From Myxococcota bacterium (GTDB taxonomy: Bacteria > Myxococcota_A > Polyangia > Nannocystales > Nannocystaceae): a DNA stretch of 64,000 bases. The notes under the pieces were generated by a model. The model was not told the origin of the DNA. It was given only the letters and a program-made list of their open reading frames with translations, and made no database searches. The stretch spans positions 1 to 64,000 of the forward strand of contig JBCCHT010000010.1 in assembly GCA_039028615.1 (NCBI GenBank), written 5' to 3'. This document shows positions 55,553 through 64,000 of this stretch, piece after piece. Positions within the stretch are counted from its first letter, which is position 1, and every line of letters begins with the position of its first letter. The translations under genes were made by a program, and so were the position numbers.

Positions 55553-55609
55553 CGGGTGGATGACGGGTGTGGATGACGGTCGATCGACACGACCACCGTC
55601 ATTCACCCG
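55553..55609. promoter_or_regulatory. Direct plus inverted repeat box upstream of the Cys-rich gene
   Basis: GTGGATGACGG at 55556 and 55569. CGGGTGGATGACGG (55553-55566) is inverted at 55596-55609 with 1 mismatch. Confidence 0.45.
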
Positions 55610-55663
55610 ATGTCTGGAATTCGGCGTCTGCCGCAAGGTGGAAAGCGTCGAAGGACAACGACC

Positions 55664-56587
55664 ATGACCAAGACCCGTACCTCCGCTTTCGCCACTACGT
55701 ATCGTTCCATCGGCGCCGTGATCATCGGCGCGATGTCGCTCAACTGCACCGCATCCCCCGACGGTTTCGAGCCCACCATCGACGGTCTCGAAGAGTCCGA
55801 GGCCGAGGAGATCGACGAGAACCTCATCGCGGTCATCGATGCGCCGGACGACGATCCCGAGCGCAGCTACTACGAGCTTCGAAGCCTCGAGATCGACGGC
55901 GCGTTCGAGCTGCGCGGCTACTCCGACGAGGGCTACGTCTCGCGCCTGAAGATGCAGCAGTTCTACGACCTCGAGCTCGAGCCCTGGGTGCAGATCGAGC
56001 TGGACGACGAGGACCTGTCGATGGCGGGGCACTTCCGCTTCGTCCGCGACGAGGACGGCCGACCCACGCTCGAGCTCGACGCCGACGTCAACGGTCGCAT
56101 CGTCGCGATCCGCATGGATCCCAGCGCTCCCGAGGACGCCGAGATCTTCGGGTTCCCGGGCGCGCCCGAGGGGGTGTTCTCGTCGCTCATGGCGTACGAC
56201 GACACCACCGGGTTCGCGCAGCGCTTCATGACTTCCTGGCAGCGCATGGGGGCGATCGGGCCCGACCTCAAGCGGGAGCTGAGCGGGGCGGACGACTTCA
56301 AGTTCCGCAGCGGCGTCACGTGCATCGGCTGCGTCTTCGATGCGCTGAGCGCCTCGGTACTCTCGGGGGCCTGTGTGGCGGCTGCGGCCGCGGCGGGGGC
56401 GACCTGCGCCGCGCCGCCCACCGCGGTCGCTTGCCCGGCTGCCGTCGCGGTGGCGGCGGGAGCCTGCGGGGTGGCTCTGCAAGAAATCTCGAACTTCCTC
56501 AATACCTGCGTGGGCGCCTGTGCGGACGACGGTCCGATCCACGACCCCTGCGCGGGCGGGTGCTCCTGCCCCGGCGGCCGCGAGTAA
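55664..56587 (+). CDS. Lipoprotein with Cys/Ala-rich hydrophobic C-terminal domain (307 aa)
   Basis: AAGGA SD, MSLNC lipobox-like, acidic middle, 11 Cys in the last ~88 aa. Confidence 0.8.
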   Translation: MTKTRTSAFATTYRSIGAVIIGAMSLNCTASPDGFEPTIDGLEESEAEEIDENLIAVIDAPDDDPERSYYELRSLEIDGAFELRGYSDEGYVSRLKMQQFYDLELEPWVQIELDDEDLSMAGHFRFVRDEDGRPTLELDADVNGRIVAIRMDPSAPEDAEIFGFPGAPEGVFSSLMAYDDTTGFAQRFMTSWQRMGAIGPDLKRELSGADDFKFRSGVTCIGCVFDALSASVLSGACVAAAAAAGATCAAPPTAVACPAAVAVAAGACGVALQEISNFLNTCVGACADDGPIHDPCAGGCSCPGGRE

Positions 56588-56595
56588 CCGCGACG

Positions 56596-59427
56596 CTACA
56601 GAGCCGCGTCGACCATCGTCGACGCGGCTCCTTCGATCCCTTGGACAATGGTCGCGGCGTCGTGGTTGTCGAGCTGGGCGATCCAATCGTCCAGCTCGGC
56701 ACCACGATGACCGTCGATGTTGCGCCACCACGGCATCCGGGCGCGGGCCCACCGGGCGAACCTGCGCGCTTCGTCGCGGTGCCCCGCCCGCGCCTCCAGC
56801 TTCGACATCATCATGGCCATCACCTCGTCGGAGGAGGTCTCGTTGGCGAGCCACTGGTACCCCAGCTCGAGCGCATGCTGGTGTCGGCCCGCTCGCATGG
56901 CGAGCTTCATGCGCTCCTGCACGATGCGGGAGCGCAGCTCGCCGCCCGCCGCGTCGTCGCCCGCGAGGGCTCGCGCGGGTTCCAGGGCCCGCAGCGCGGC
57001 CGCATCGTTGCCCGCCGACAGCTCGATGATCGCGAGCCCCAGATACACCCAGCCCTGCCGCACTGGAGGCATGGTGGTGGTCTCGAGGTCGCGGACCAGC
57101 GCCTCGATCTCGACGAGTGCCCGATCGTTGCGTCCGGCATCGTCGAGGCCCACCGCCAGAGACTGGCGAACCTGCATGGTCTCGGGATGCGACGGGCCCA
57201 AGGTCTCGCGCAGCACGGCCACGCTGCGGTCGAGGTAGCCGATGGCCGTCTCGAGCTCGCCGCGGGCCATGGCGAAGGCTCCGAGGTTGGCGAGCACCCG
57301 GCCCACCCGCGGGTGCACGGGGCCCTGCGTCGCCTCGTGAATGCGCAGCGCCTCTTCGAGCTCGGCCCGTGCTCCGTCCTGGTCCTGGGAGCGAGCGAGC
57401 ACGATGCCGTAGTTGTTGCGCGCGATCGCGATGGAGGGGTGCTCGGTGCCCAGCAGGCGCACGCGCACCGCGAGGGCTTCTTCGAGGGCTCGGCGTCCGC
57501 CGTCGAGGTCCGCGGTGGCCATCAGCGCCCGACCGAGGCCCTCGAGCGAAGCGGCCACGGCCAGCGAGGGGCCATCCCGGAGGTCGCGGCGGACCTCGAG
57601 CGCACGACGATGAAGCTGCACCCAGGTCTCGAGCTCGCCGCGGCGGGCGGCCAGCTCGGCCTGGGCGTGGATCACCGCGGCCCACGGCTCGCCCTCGACC
57701 TGGAGGCGCGCGCTTCGAGCCAGCGCGGCTCGGCTCCAGCCCTCGGCGGCCTCGAGATCCGCTTCGTCGTTGACCTTCAGGCGGAGCAGGGCGACCGCGG
57801 CCTGCAGGGCGGTCGTGTCGTCGGCGACCACCACCGCATCGAAGTAGGCCTTGCGCAGGGCATCGGTGGCCTCGGGGTAGCGAGCGAGCTCGGTCAGGGC
57901 TACGCCGCGCTGCAATCGAGCCCGGGCGGCCGCGCTGCCCGTGCCGTGGCGCTGCGCCACCTCGATGGCGGAGTCGGCTCGCTCGAGCGCGGCAGCGGGG
58001 CGCCCTGCGAGGTACTGCGCCTCGGCTTCGGCGAGCCAGCGTTCGAATGCCGGACCTCCCTGTGCGAGCGTGCCCCAGGGCAACCCCGCGGTCGTCCAGC
58101 ACCCGGACGGATCGGGCAGGGACTCGGCGGCTCGGGCCGCGTGTCGTGCGGCGGGCGTGTCGGCGTCGGCGAGGACGTCGACCAGCGCATCGGCCCGCAG
58201 TCGCGCTCGATGCAGGCACGCGACGGTGTTGTCGAGCGAGAGCCCGCGCCCGGCGGCCGGGTGATCGGCGCTGCGGCAGGCCCCTTCCCATGCGCGCGAC
58301 CAGGTCTTGGCGTAGTCGGAGAGCACCGCATCGACGCGGTTGCCCGACGACGAAGCAAAGGTCGCCTCGGTCGATGCCAGGCCTCGCATGACCGCATCGC
58401 GACCACCCGTGGACCACGACGTCGTGGCTGCCGCGTGGGTGCAGGGGTCGTCGAGCTGAATCGGCGGCAGGCCTCCCTGGGTGGTGCTCGCGATGCCGAT
58501 CGCGACCGTGGCCGCGCCGACCAGGAACAGCCGAGGGCCGCGGCGAGGCGGGCGAAGGCGGGCGACCAACGCCCGCATCGAGCCGAAGCGGCGCGCGGGA
58601 TCGGGGCAGAGGCCGCGGCGGAGGGCGCTCCAGATCCTCCGCGGAACTCGGCTGCGATCGACGGGCACCAGCGCTCGCGTTCGCTTGGCGTGGGCCATGG
58701 CCTCCGGGCCTTCGGCGGCGAAGGGGTCGACGCCGAACAGGGCGATGAACAGCGAGACGCACAGCGCATACTGGTCGACGGCCGGGCCGAGGACCTCGCC
58801 CGCATGCTGCTCGGGCGCCATCGTCACCAGGCTGCCCACGCCCGCGGTGGCGCGCGCGTGGTGGGTGGGATCGAAGGTCGCGGCGAGGCCGAAGTCGGCC
58901 ACCATCACGTGTCCACCCGGATCGACCAGCACGTTGTCGAGCTTGAAGTCCCGGTGCAGCAGGCCGACCTCGTGGGCCGCGGCCAGGCCCTGGGCGGCGG
59001 CGATCATGGCGTCGACGATGCGGCCGGGCGACGGTCGTTGCTCGGCGAGCCACGACCGCATCGTGCCGCCCTCACACAGCTTCATCGCGATGAAGGGGCG
59101 GCCGTCATCGGAGCCCACGTCGTAGATGGGCACGATGTTCGGGTGGGATAGCCGCGCCATGGCTCGGGCTTCGTCGGCGAGTCGGCGGACGCGGGTGGCA
59201 TCGTCGCGGCCGGGGAGCAGCAGCTTCAGCGCCACTTGGCGCTCGAGCGTGAGGTCGTAGGCGGCATAGACCACCCCGGAGCCCCCCATGCCCAGTCGGC
59301 GCCCGAGGACGTAGCGACCCAGGCGCTGGCCCAGGCTCAGGCTCTCGGGGGTCCCGTGGGCGGGAGGGTCGTGATGGTTGGATACGGTGACCGCGGTGCG
59401 GTCGCCGAGCGCGACGGCCTCAGTCAA
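56596..59427 (-). CDS. Ser/Thr protein kinase with TM and TPR repeats (943 aa)
   Basis: LGMGGSGVVY, VALK, HRDFKLDN, DFG, MAPE. LGTEHP/QGPVHP/LGPSHP TPRs. Confidence 0.93.
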   Translation of the reverse strand: MTEAVALGDRTAVTVSNHHDPPAHGTPESLSLGQRLGRYVLGRRLGMGGSGVVYAAYDLTLERQVALKLLLPGRDDATRVRRLADEARAMARLSHPNIVPIYDVGSDDGRPFIAMKLCEGGTMRSWLAEQRPSPGRIVDAMIAAAQGLAAAHEVGLLHRDFKLDNVLVDPGGHVMVADFGLAATFDPTHHARATAGVGSLVTMAPEQHAGEVLGPAVDQYALCVSLFIALFGVDPFAAEGPEAMAHAKRTRALVPVDRSRVPRRIWSALRRGLCPDPARRFGSMRALVARLRPPRRGPRLFLVGAATVAIGIASTTQGGLPPIQLDDPCTHAAATTSWSTGGRDAVMRGLASTEATFASSSGNRVDAVLSDYAKTWSRAWEGACRSADHPAAGRGLSLDNTVACLHRARLRADALVDVLADADTPAARHAARAAESLPDPSGCWTTAGLPWGTLAQGGPAFERWLAEAEAQYLAGRPAAALERADSAIEVAQRHGTGSAAARARLQRGVALTELARYPEATDALRKAYFDAVVVADDTTALQAAVALLRLKVNDEADLEAAEGWSRAALARSARLQVEGEPWAAVIHAQAELAARRGELETWVQLHRRALEVRRDLRDGPSLAVAASLEGLGRALMATADLDGGRRALEEALAVRVRLLGTEHPSIAIARNNYGIVLARSQDQDGARAELEEALRIHEATQGPVHPRVGRVLANLGAFAMARGELETAIGYLDRSVAVLRETLGPSHPETMQVRQSLAVGLDDAGRNDRALVEIEALVRDLETTTMPPVRQGWVYLGLAIIELSAGNDAAALRALEPARALAGDDAAGGELRSRIVQERMKLAMRAGRHQHALELGYQWLANETSSDEVMAMMMSKLEARAGHRDEARRFARWARARMPWWRNIDGHRGAELDDWIAQLDNHDAATIVQGIEGAASTMVDAAL

Positions 59428-60013
59428 CGGGCTCCTCTTGTAGGCCGTGCTCGAAGAGCCAGCGGGTGAGCTCGGCGCGCGAACCGATGGCGAGCTGGGC
59501 GTAGACGTTCTCGAGATGGCTCGACACCGTGCGCGGAGAGACGCCGAGGTAGCCGGCCACTTCGGAGTTGGTCGAGCCCAGGGCGACCAAGCGGGCGACC
59601 TCGAGCTGGCGGGGGGTGAGCGGGTGCGAGCCGACCGGGGTCAGCGTGGGCTCGGGCGCGCGGCCGAGCTGCACCAAGATGTGGCGGCCCAACGCGATCC
59701 GATCGCCGTCGCGCACGACTGCGACATCGATACGCGTCCGATTGAGGAACGTGCCATTGGTCGAGCCGAGGTCGACGACGTTGATGATGCCTTCGCGGCC
59801 CACCACGATCTTGGCGTGGGCCCGCGATACGCCTCGGGCTACGAGTCGAATGTCGACCTCGGGGCCTCGGCCCAAGATCACTACCGAGCGGCGGAGTCGA
59901 ATGCGACGACCCGGCGACGGTCCTCGCAACACTTCGAGCATGAGTGGACCCGCAGTGGGCTCCGGGCCCACCGGATCATGAGTCGTATTGGCATCGACGG
60001 CGGCGAGGACCAT
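59420..60013 (-). CDS. FHA domain plus LuxR-type HTH transcription regulator
   Basis: LGRG, VSRAHA, DLGSTNGT (FHA). LTPRQLEVARLVALGSTNSEVA...SPRTVSSHL (LuxR HTH). Confidence 0.93.
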   Translation of the reverse strand: MVLAAVDANTTHDPVGPEPTAGPLMLEVLRGPSPGRRIRLRRSVVILGRGPEVDIRLVARGVSRAHAKIVVGREGIINVVDLGSTNGTFLNRTRIDVAVVRDGDRIALGRHILVQLGRAPEPTLTPVGSHPLTPRQLEVARLVALGSTNSEVAGYLGVSPRTVSSHLENVYAQLAIGSRAELTRWLFEHGLQEEPVD

Positions 60014-60245
60014 AATCTAATAAAACAGTGATACCTCGCGATCGCCCATAGGTATGGGAACGTTCTCCGTTGCCTTTCCTCACCGCCTCACGGGCTGTTT
60101 TTCACGAATTGATGAAACAAGGCGAAGTGGCACAATCGGCGAACTCGCGCGCGGAAACGACCGAGAATCGAGTGTGCTGCAGCACCAAAATTCATGACCT
60201 CGGAGGTCATCGTCGGTAGACACCCGTCAACTCAAACTCGAAGGT

Positions 60246-61157
60246 ATGTCGATCCCGGATCGAAGCCGCCTTCTTCGCATTGCCCTTTGGGGCAATGCCG
60301 CGCTGTCCACAACCTGTGTCGTCGTGCTCATGGCATGGACCGAAGCGCTGACCCGTGAACTCGGCGTCGGCGCGCTGTGGCTCTACGGCCTCGCCGCCGG
60401 CTTGGCGGGCTTCGTCGCCATGCTCGGATGGCAAGCGAGCCGCCCCGCGCTCGATACCGCCGACGCGCTGGCGACCTCGCTTGGTGATGCGGCGTGGGTC
60501 GTGGGCAGCGCCGTGGTGCTGGTGGTGCAACCGGACGCGTTGACGCCGACGGGCTCCGTGTTGGTCGCCGCCGTCGCGTCGGGCGTGGGCACGGCGGGGG
60601 TGGCCCAGCTGCTCGGGATCCGTCGTCTCATTGCCGAGCCGGATCCGAGTCGGTCGACCCGCAGTCGCGTCGAGGTGGTGGTCGACGTCGAGGCGAGCCG
60701 GACCGCGCTGTGGGCCGTGGTCGCGGATCTCGGATCGATCGAGCGGTACTCGCCCGGGTTGGCGTCCTCGTTTCTCCGCGACGACGCGACACCGGGTCGC
60801 GGTGCCGTACGCGAGTGTGCGAGCACCCGAGGTCAGCGCTGGGCCGAGCGCGTCACCGATTGGCAGCCGGGTCACGGCTTGGAGGTCGACTTCCTCACCG
60901 ACGAGCCCGACTTTCCGTTTCCCATGGCACCCATGACCGGAGGCTGGCGGCTCGAGTCGCGACAGCCGGGGCGGACCCGAGTGACCTTGTGGTGGTCGTT
61001 CACCACCCGGCCCGGTTGGGCGGCCCCGCTGCTCGTGCCGATCATGGCCCGTCGAATGCGGCGCGACTTTCCCCCCGTGCTGCGGGCGATGGCCGCGGAT
61101 GCGCGAGGGGCTCGACCTTCGGTCGCTCCGCACCGGCTGCAAACGGCATCTGCATGA
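60246..61157 (+). CDS. Membrane protein with C-terminal SRPBCC (START-like) domain
   Basis: Four N-terminal TMs, then VDVEASRTALWAVVADL...GRGAVREC...ERVTDW. Confidence 0.85.
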   Translation: MSIPDRSRLLRIALWGNAALSTTCVVVLMAWTEALTRELGVGALWLYGLAAGLAGFVAMLGWQASRPALDTADALATSLGDAAWVVGSAVVLVVQPDALTPTGSVLVAAVASGVGTAGVAQLLGIRRLIAEPDPSRSTRSRVEVVVDVEASRTALWAVVADLGSIERYSPGLASSFLRDDATPGRGAVRECASTRGQRWAERVTDWQPGHGLEVDFLTDEPDFPFPMAPMTGGWRLESRQPGRTRVTLWWSFTTRPGWAAPLLVPIMARRMRRDFPPVLRAMAADARGARPSVAPHRLQTASA

Positions 61158-61264
61158 CGCGTCGGCCATCCCACGGGGGGATGAACCGGATGTAGGCGGA
61201 CTCCCGAGACCCGCCCCTCGGGGGCCCGCGCGACTTCGACCGGGGGCTGCTACGATGCGTCCCG

Positions 61265-62182
61265 GTGTTCGAGCGGATCTCGCCCGCCACGGGTTCTCGC
61301 CCCTCGTGGCGCTCGCGTCTGGCCGAGCTGGCCTTCGATGCGCGTCGTCGCATCGGTCGGCTGCGCCTGCACGAGACCCGGGCCGGTCGCTTCGTGGTGC
61401 CGCTGCTCGACGGGGGTCCGCCCTCGGACGAGGCGCCCGTGGTGCTGGTGCACGGGTTCTCGGACACCAAGGACAGCTTCGTCGACGTGGCGCGGCTGCT
61501 CACCGGGTCGCGGCGGGTGATCTTGCCGGACCTGCCGGGGTTCTCCGACGCGAGCCAGCCCGTCGACCACCACTACGACCTGCCCGGGATCAGCGAGGTG
61601 CTCTACGAGGCCTTGCGGGCGTACGGCCTGGGCCCGGTGCACCTGGTCGGCAACTCGCTCGGGGGCGCGGTGGTGGCTCATCTCGCGCTCGAGCATCCGC
61701 AGTGGGTGCGCTCGTTGTGCCTGGTGGGCTCGGCCGGGGTCGCGATGCCGATCCCCAGCGCGCTGCAGCGCCATATCGAGGCCGGCTACAACCCCTTCGT
61801 CATCCGTAGCGCGGACGAGTACGGGCCCTTCGTGCGCATGGTGGTCGAGCGCATGCCGCCCGGTGCCACGCTCGTCCAGTCGCTCATGGCCGAGCGCTTC
61901 TTTGCGCGCCGGGCGATGAACCAGAAGATCCTCGACGAACTGCTCGAGGGCGACTTCGATCTCACCGAGCGGCTGCCGGAGCTCGACGTGCCCACGATGA
62001 TCCTGTGGGGGGACCGCGACCGCCTCGTCGATCTCTCGGCCGGTCGCGTCTTTCATCGGGGGATCCGAGACTCGCGCTTGGTGGTAATGCACGGCATCGG
62101 GCACTGCCCGCAGGTCGAGTCGCCGCGGGGCACGGCGCGGCGCATCGTCGAGAACATCGCCCGCGCCGAGGAGCGAGCATGA
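61265..62182 (+). CDS. Alpha/beta hydrolase
   Basis: LVHGF, PDLPGF, GNSLGG nucleophile elbow, WGDRD, GHCPQ. Confidence 0.92.
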   Translation: MFERISPATGSRPSWRSRLAELAFDARRRIGRLRLHETRAGRFVVPLLDGGPPSDEAPVVLVHGFSDTKDSFVDVARLLTGSRRVILPDLPGFSDASQPVDHHYDLPGISEVLYEALRAYGLGPVHLVGNSLGGAVVAHLALEHPQWVRSLCLVGSAGVAMPIPSALQRHIEAGYNPFVIRSADEYGPFVRMVVERMPPGATLVQSLMAERFFARRAMNQKILDELLEGDFDLTERLPELDVPTMILWGDRDRLVDLSAGRVFHRGIRDSRLVVMHGIGHCPQVESPRGTARRIVENIARAEERA

Positions 62183-64000
62183 GCGAGGGCGGCACGGGGA
62201 CGGTGGGCCCGTGCCCCGACGAGACCGTGCTCGCCGAGATGGCCCAGGGCGGGCTCTCGCCCGAGGAAGTCGAAGAGGTCGAGTCCCACCTCGATCAGTG
62301 CGAGCAGTGCTGCCAGGTGGTGGCCGAGCTCGTGCGCATCTTTGCCGAGCCCTCGGCCGATGGCCCCGGCCTGCCCGCAGGGCCGCTGTCGGAGGACGAC
62401 CTCGACGGTCTCGGGACCGACGAGATGGCGGTCACCCTCGGGGTCGACGACGAATCCCCACGTCCGCTGGGACCCATGCTCTCGTCGGGCGCGGCGGTCG
62501 GCCGCTATCGCGTGCTCGAGTGTGTGGGCGTGGGCGGGATGGGCGTGGTCTATGCCGCCTACGATCCCGAGCTCGATCGTCGGGTGGCGCTCAAGCTGCT
62601 GCGGGGCTCCAGCAGCGAAGCGGGCAGCCAGGGACGCGGGGCACGGCTCTTGCGGGAGGCCCAGGCGCTCGCCAAGCTCAGCCATCCCAACGTCATCACC
62701 GTGCACGACGTGGGGACCTGGGAGGGCCAGGTCTTCGTGGCGATGGAGTTCATCGACGGCGGCTCCCTCAAGGACTGGATGGAGCAGGACGGACGCTCGT
62801 GGCCGGAGATCCGCGAGGTCTTCGTGGCCGCGGGACGAGGCCTGGCCGCCGCGCATGCGATGGGCATGGTCCATCGCGACTTCAAGCCGGACAACGTGCT
62901 CATCGGCAGCGACGGCCGGGTGCGGGTGACCGACTTCGGGCTCGCGCGTTGGGGCGAGTCGCGGAGGGGGGCCGAAGACCTCGTGGCCACCGACGAGCTG
63001 GCGTCGTCGGGCTCTTGGCGGGCCAGCGCGGAGCTCATTTCGCAGGCCAAGGTCCCGATGGTCTCGCTGACGGAGACGGGCACGCTGGTGGGCACGCCCG
63101 CCTATATGGCGCCCGAGCAGTACGAGCAGCGGCCCGCCGACGCGGCGACCGATCAGTTTGCGTTCTGCGTGGCCTTGTTCGAGGCGATCTACGGCGAGCG
63201 GCCCTTTGCTGGCGACACGCTGGTGGAACTGGTCTCCAACGTGCTCGATGGGCGCTTGGCCGAGGGCACCCGCGATGTGGTGGTGGTGCCGCGGCGCGTG
63301 CGGCAGGCGCTGCGTCGCGGGCTGTCGCGCAAGCGCAAGGATCGCTTCGCCAACATGACCGAGCTGCTCATGGTGCTCGATCGCCGCCCGGCCCGGTGGT
63401 GGCGGTGGGGGCTGGCCGTGGGTGTGCCCGTCGTGCTCGGAGCGGGCTTGCTGGCGCAGCTACAGCGGGATCCTCCGCAAGCGCCTCGCTCCGCATTCTG
63501 TCGCGAAGAGAGCGGGCTCGGCTCGGTCTGGACGCCCACGCGGCGACAGGCGGCCGAGGACGCATTCACGGCGACGGGGCTCGGCTATGCCCCCGAGGCG
63601 GCCGAGCGGGCGCTCGCGGCCGTCGACGACTACGTCGGGCGGTGGGAAGAAGCACGCGCGTACTCGTGCGTGCCCGACGAGTCCGAGCAAGGGCCCGAGC
63701 TGGCGGTCTTGCGAGCCCGCTGCTTGTCGCGGCATCGGGTCGCGCTGGAGACGTTGCTCGAGACCTTCGACGAGCCGAATGAAAAAACGGTGGCCCGCGC
63801 GGTGGGGGCGGTGGCGGGCTTGCCCGAGATCGAAAACTGCTCCGACGCCGACAAGCTGATGGCCGGCTTGCCTCCGCCCGTGCCTCCCGAGCAGCGCGAG
63901 GCTGTGGAGCGGGTGCGCGACGAGCTGGCCCGTGGCCACGGGTTGATCGCGGCGGGTCGCTACGCCGAGGGCCTCGAGCTGGCCAAGACGCTCGATGCGG
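62179..64000 (+). CDS. Ser/Thr protein kinase with N-terminal zinc-finger (ZAS-like); 3' partial
   Basis: ATGA overlap at 62179. MSEGGTGTVGPCPDE...SHLDQCEQC, GVGGMGVVY, VALK, HRDFKPDN, DFGLA, GTPAYMAPE. Runs off the window and is absent from the ORF track. Confidence 0.92.
   Translation, partial: MSEGGTGTVGPCPDETVLAEMAQGGLSPEEVEEVESHLDQCEQCCQVVAELVRIFAEPSADGPGLPAGPLSEDDLDGLGTDEMAVTLGVDDESPRPLGPMLSSGAAVGRYRVLECVGVGGMGVVYAAYDPELDRRVALKLLRGSSSEAGSQGRGARLLREAQALAKLSHPNVITVHDVGTWEGQVFVAMEFIDGGSLKDWMEQDGRSWPEIREVFVAAGRGLAAAHAMGMVHRDFKPDNVLIGSDGRVRVTDFGLARWGESRRGAEDLVATDELASSGSWRASAELISQAKVPMVSLTETGTLVGTPAYMAPEQYEQRPADAATDQFAFCVALFEAIYGERPFAGDTLVELVSNVLDGRLAEGTRDVVVVPRRVRQALRRGLSRKRKDRFANMTELLMVLDRRPARWWRWGLAVGVPVVLGAGLLAQLQRDPPQAPRSAFCREESGLGSVWTPTRRQAAEDAFTATGLGYAPEAAERALAAVDDYVGRWEEARAYSCVPDESEQGPELAVLRARCLSRHRVALETLLETFDEPNEKTVARAVGAVAGLPEIENCSDADKLMAGLPPPVPPEQREAVERVRDELARGHGLIAAGRYAEGLELAKTLDA

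Noticed and set aside
55005..64000. Genomic island integrated at tRNA-Arg(CCG)
   Set aside because: No integrase or duplicated tRNA 3' end seen in the window, and codon style is host-like. Cannot be excluded beyond the edge.

Overview
High-GC bacterial DNA with a myxobacterial gene complement (MYXO-CTERM-like sorting signals, Agl/Glt-type genes, eukaryotic-like Ser/Thr kinases). The taxonomy is inferred from gene content only. (1) 1-12.2 kb: right part of an element integrated at the 3' end of a tRNA-Sec gene. It has a tyrosine integrase and excisionase, preceded by about 13 tightly packed, co-oriented orphan genes. Most encode single-TM, Pro-rich proteins, and they include a membrane-anchored lytic transglycosylase-like protein and a histone-H1-like protein. 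An IS3 end at the window edge appears to interrupt a gene. No tailed-phage, conjugation or defence hallmark is visible. The best reading is a provirus of a tailless, membrane-containing virus, but no capsid or packaging ATPase gene is visible here. (2) 12.4-30.3 kb: chromosomal genes (dnaJ, M48 peptidase, pruA, TIMP-like protein, ABC-F, DEDDh exonuclease, SLT, two tandem QExxH metzincin-like surface proteins, rplU-rpmA-obgE). The ObgE carries a ~140-aa acidic internal insertion. (3) 30.4-49.8 kb: a contiguous Glt-like TPR set, an AglR/Q/S-like motor and a GltG-like gene, followed by an OM beta-barrel, a short OPX polysaccharide exporter, a lid-less Hsp70, a J protein and hisB. (4) 49.9-64 kb: acyl-CoA carboxylase beta subunit, a radical SAM operon with two tandem unknown paralogs, tRNA-Arg(CCG), a Cys-rich bacteriocin-like lipoprotein, FHA-LuxR and Ser/Thr kinase genes, an SRPBCC protein and a hydrolase. 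No CRISPR array or rRNA was seen. All calls are by eye, without database searches.
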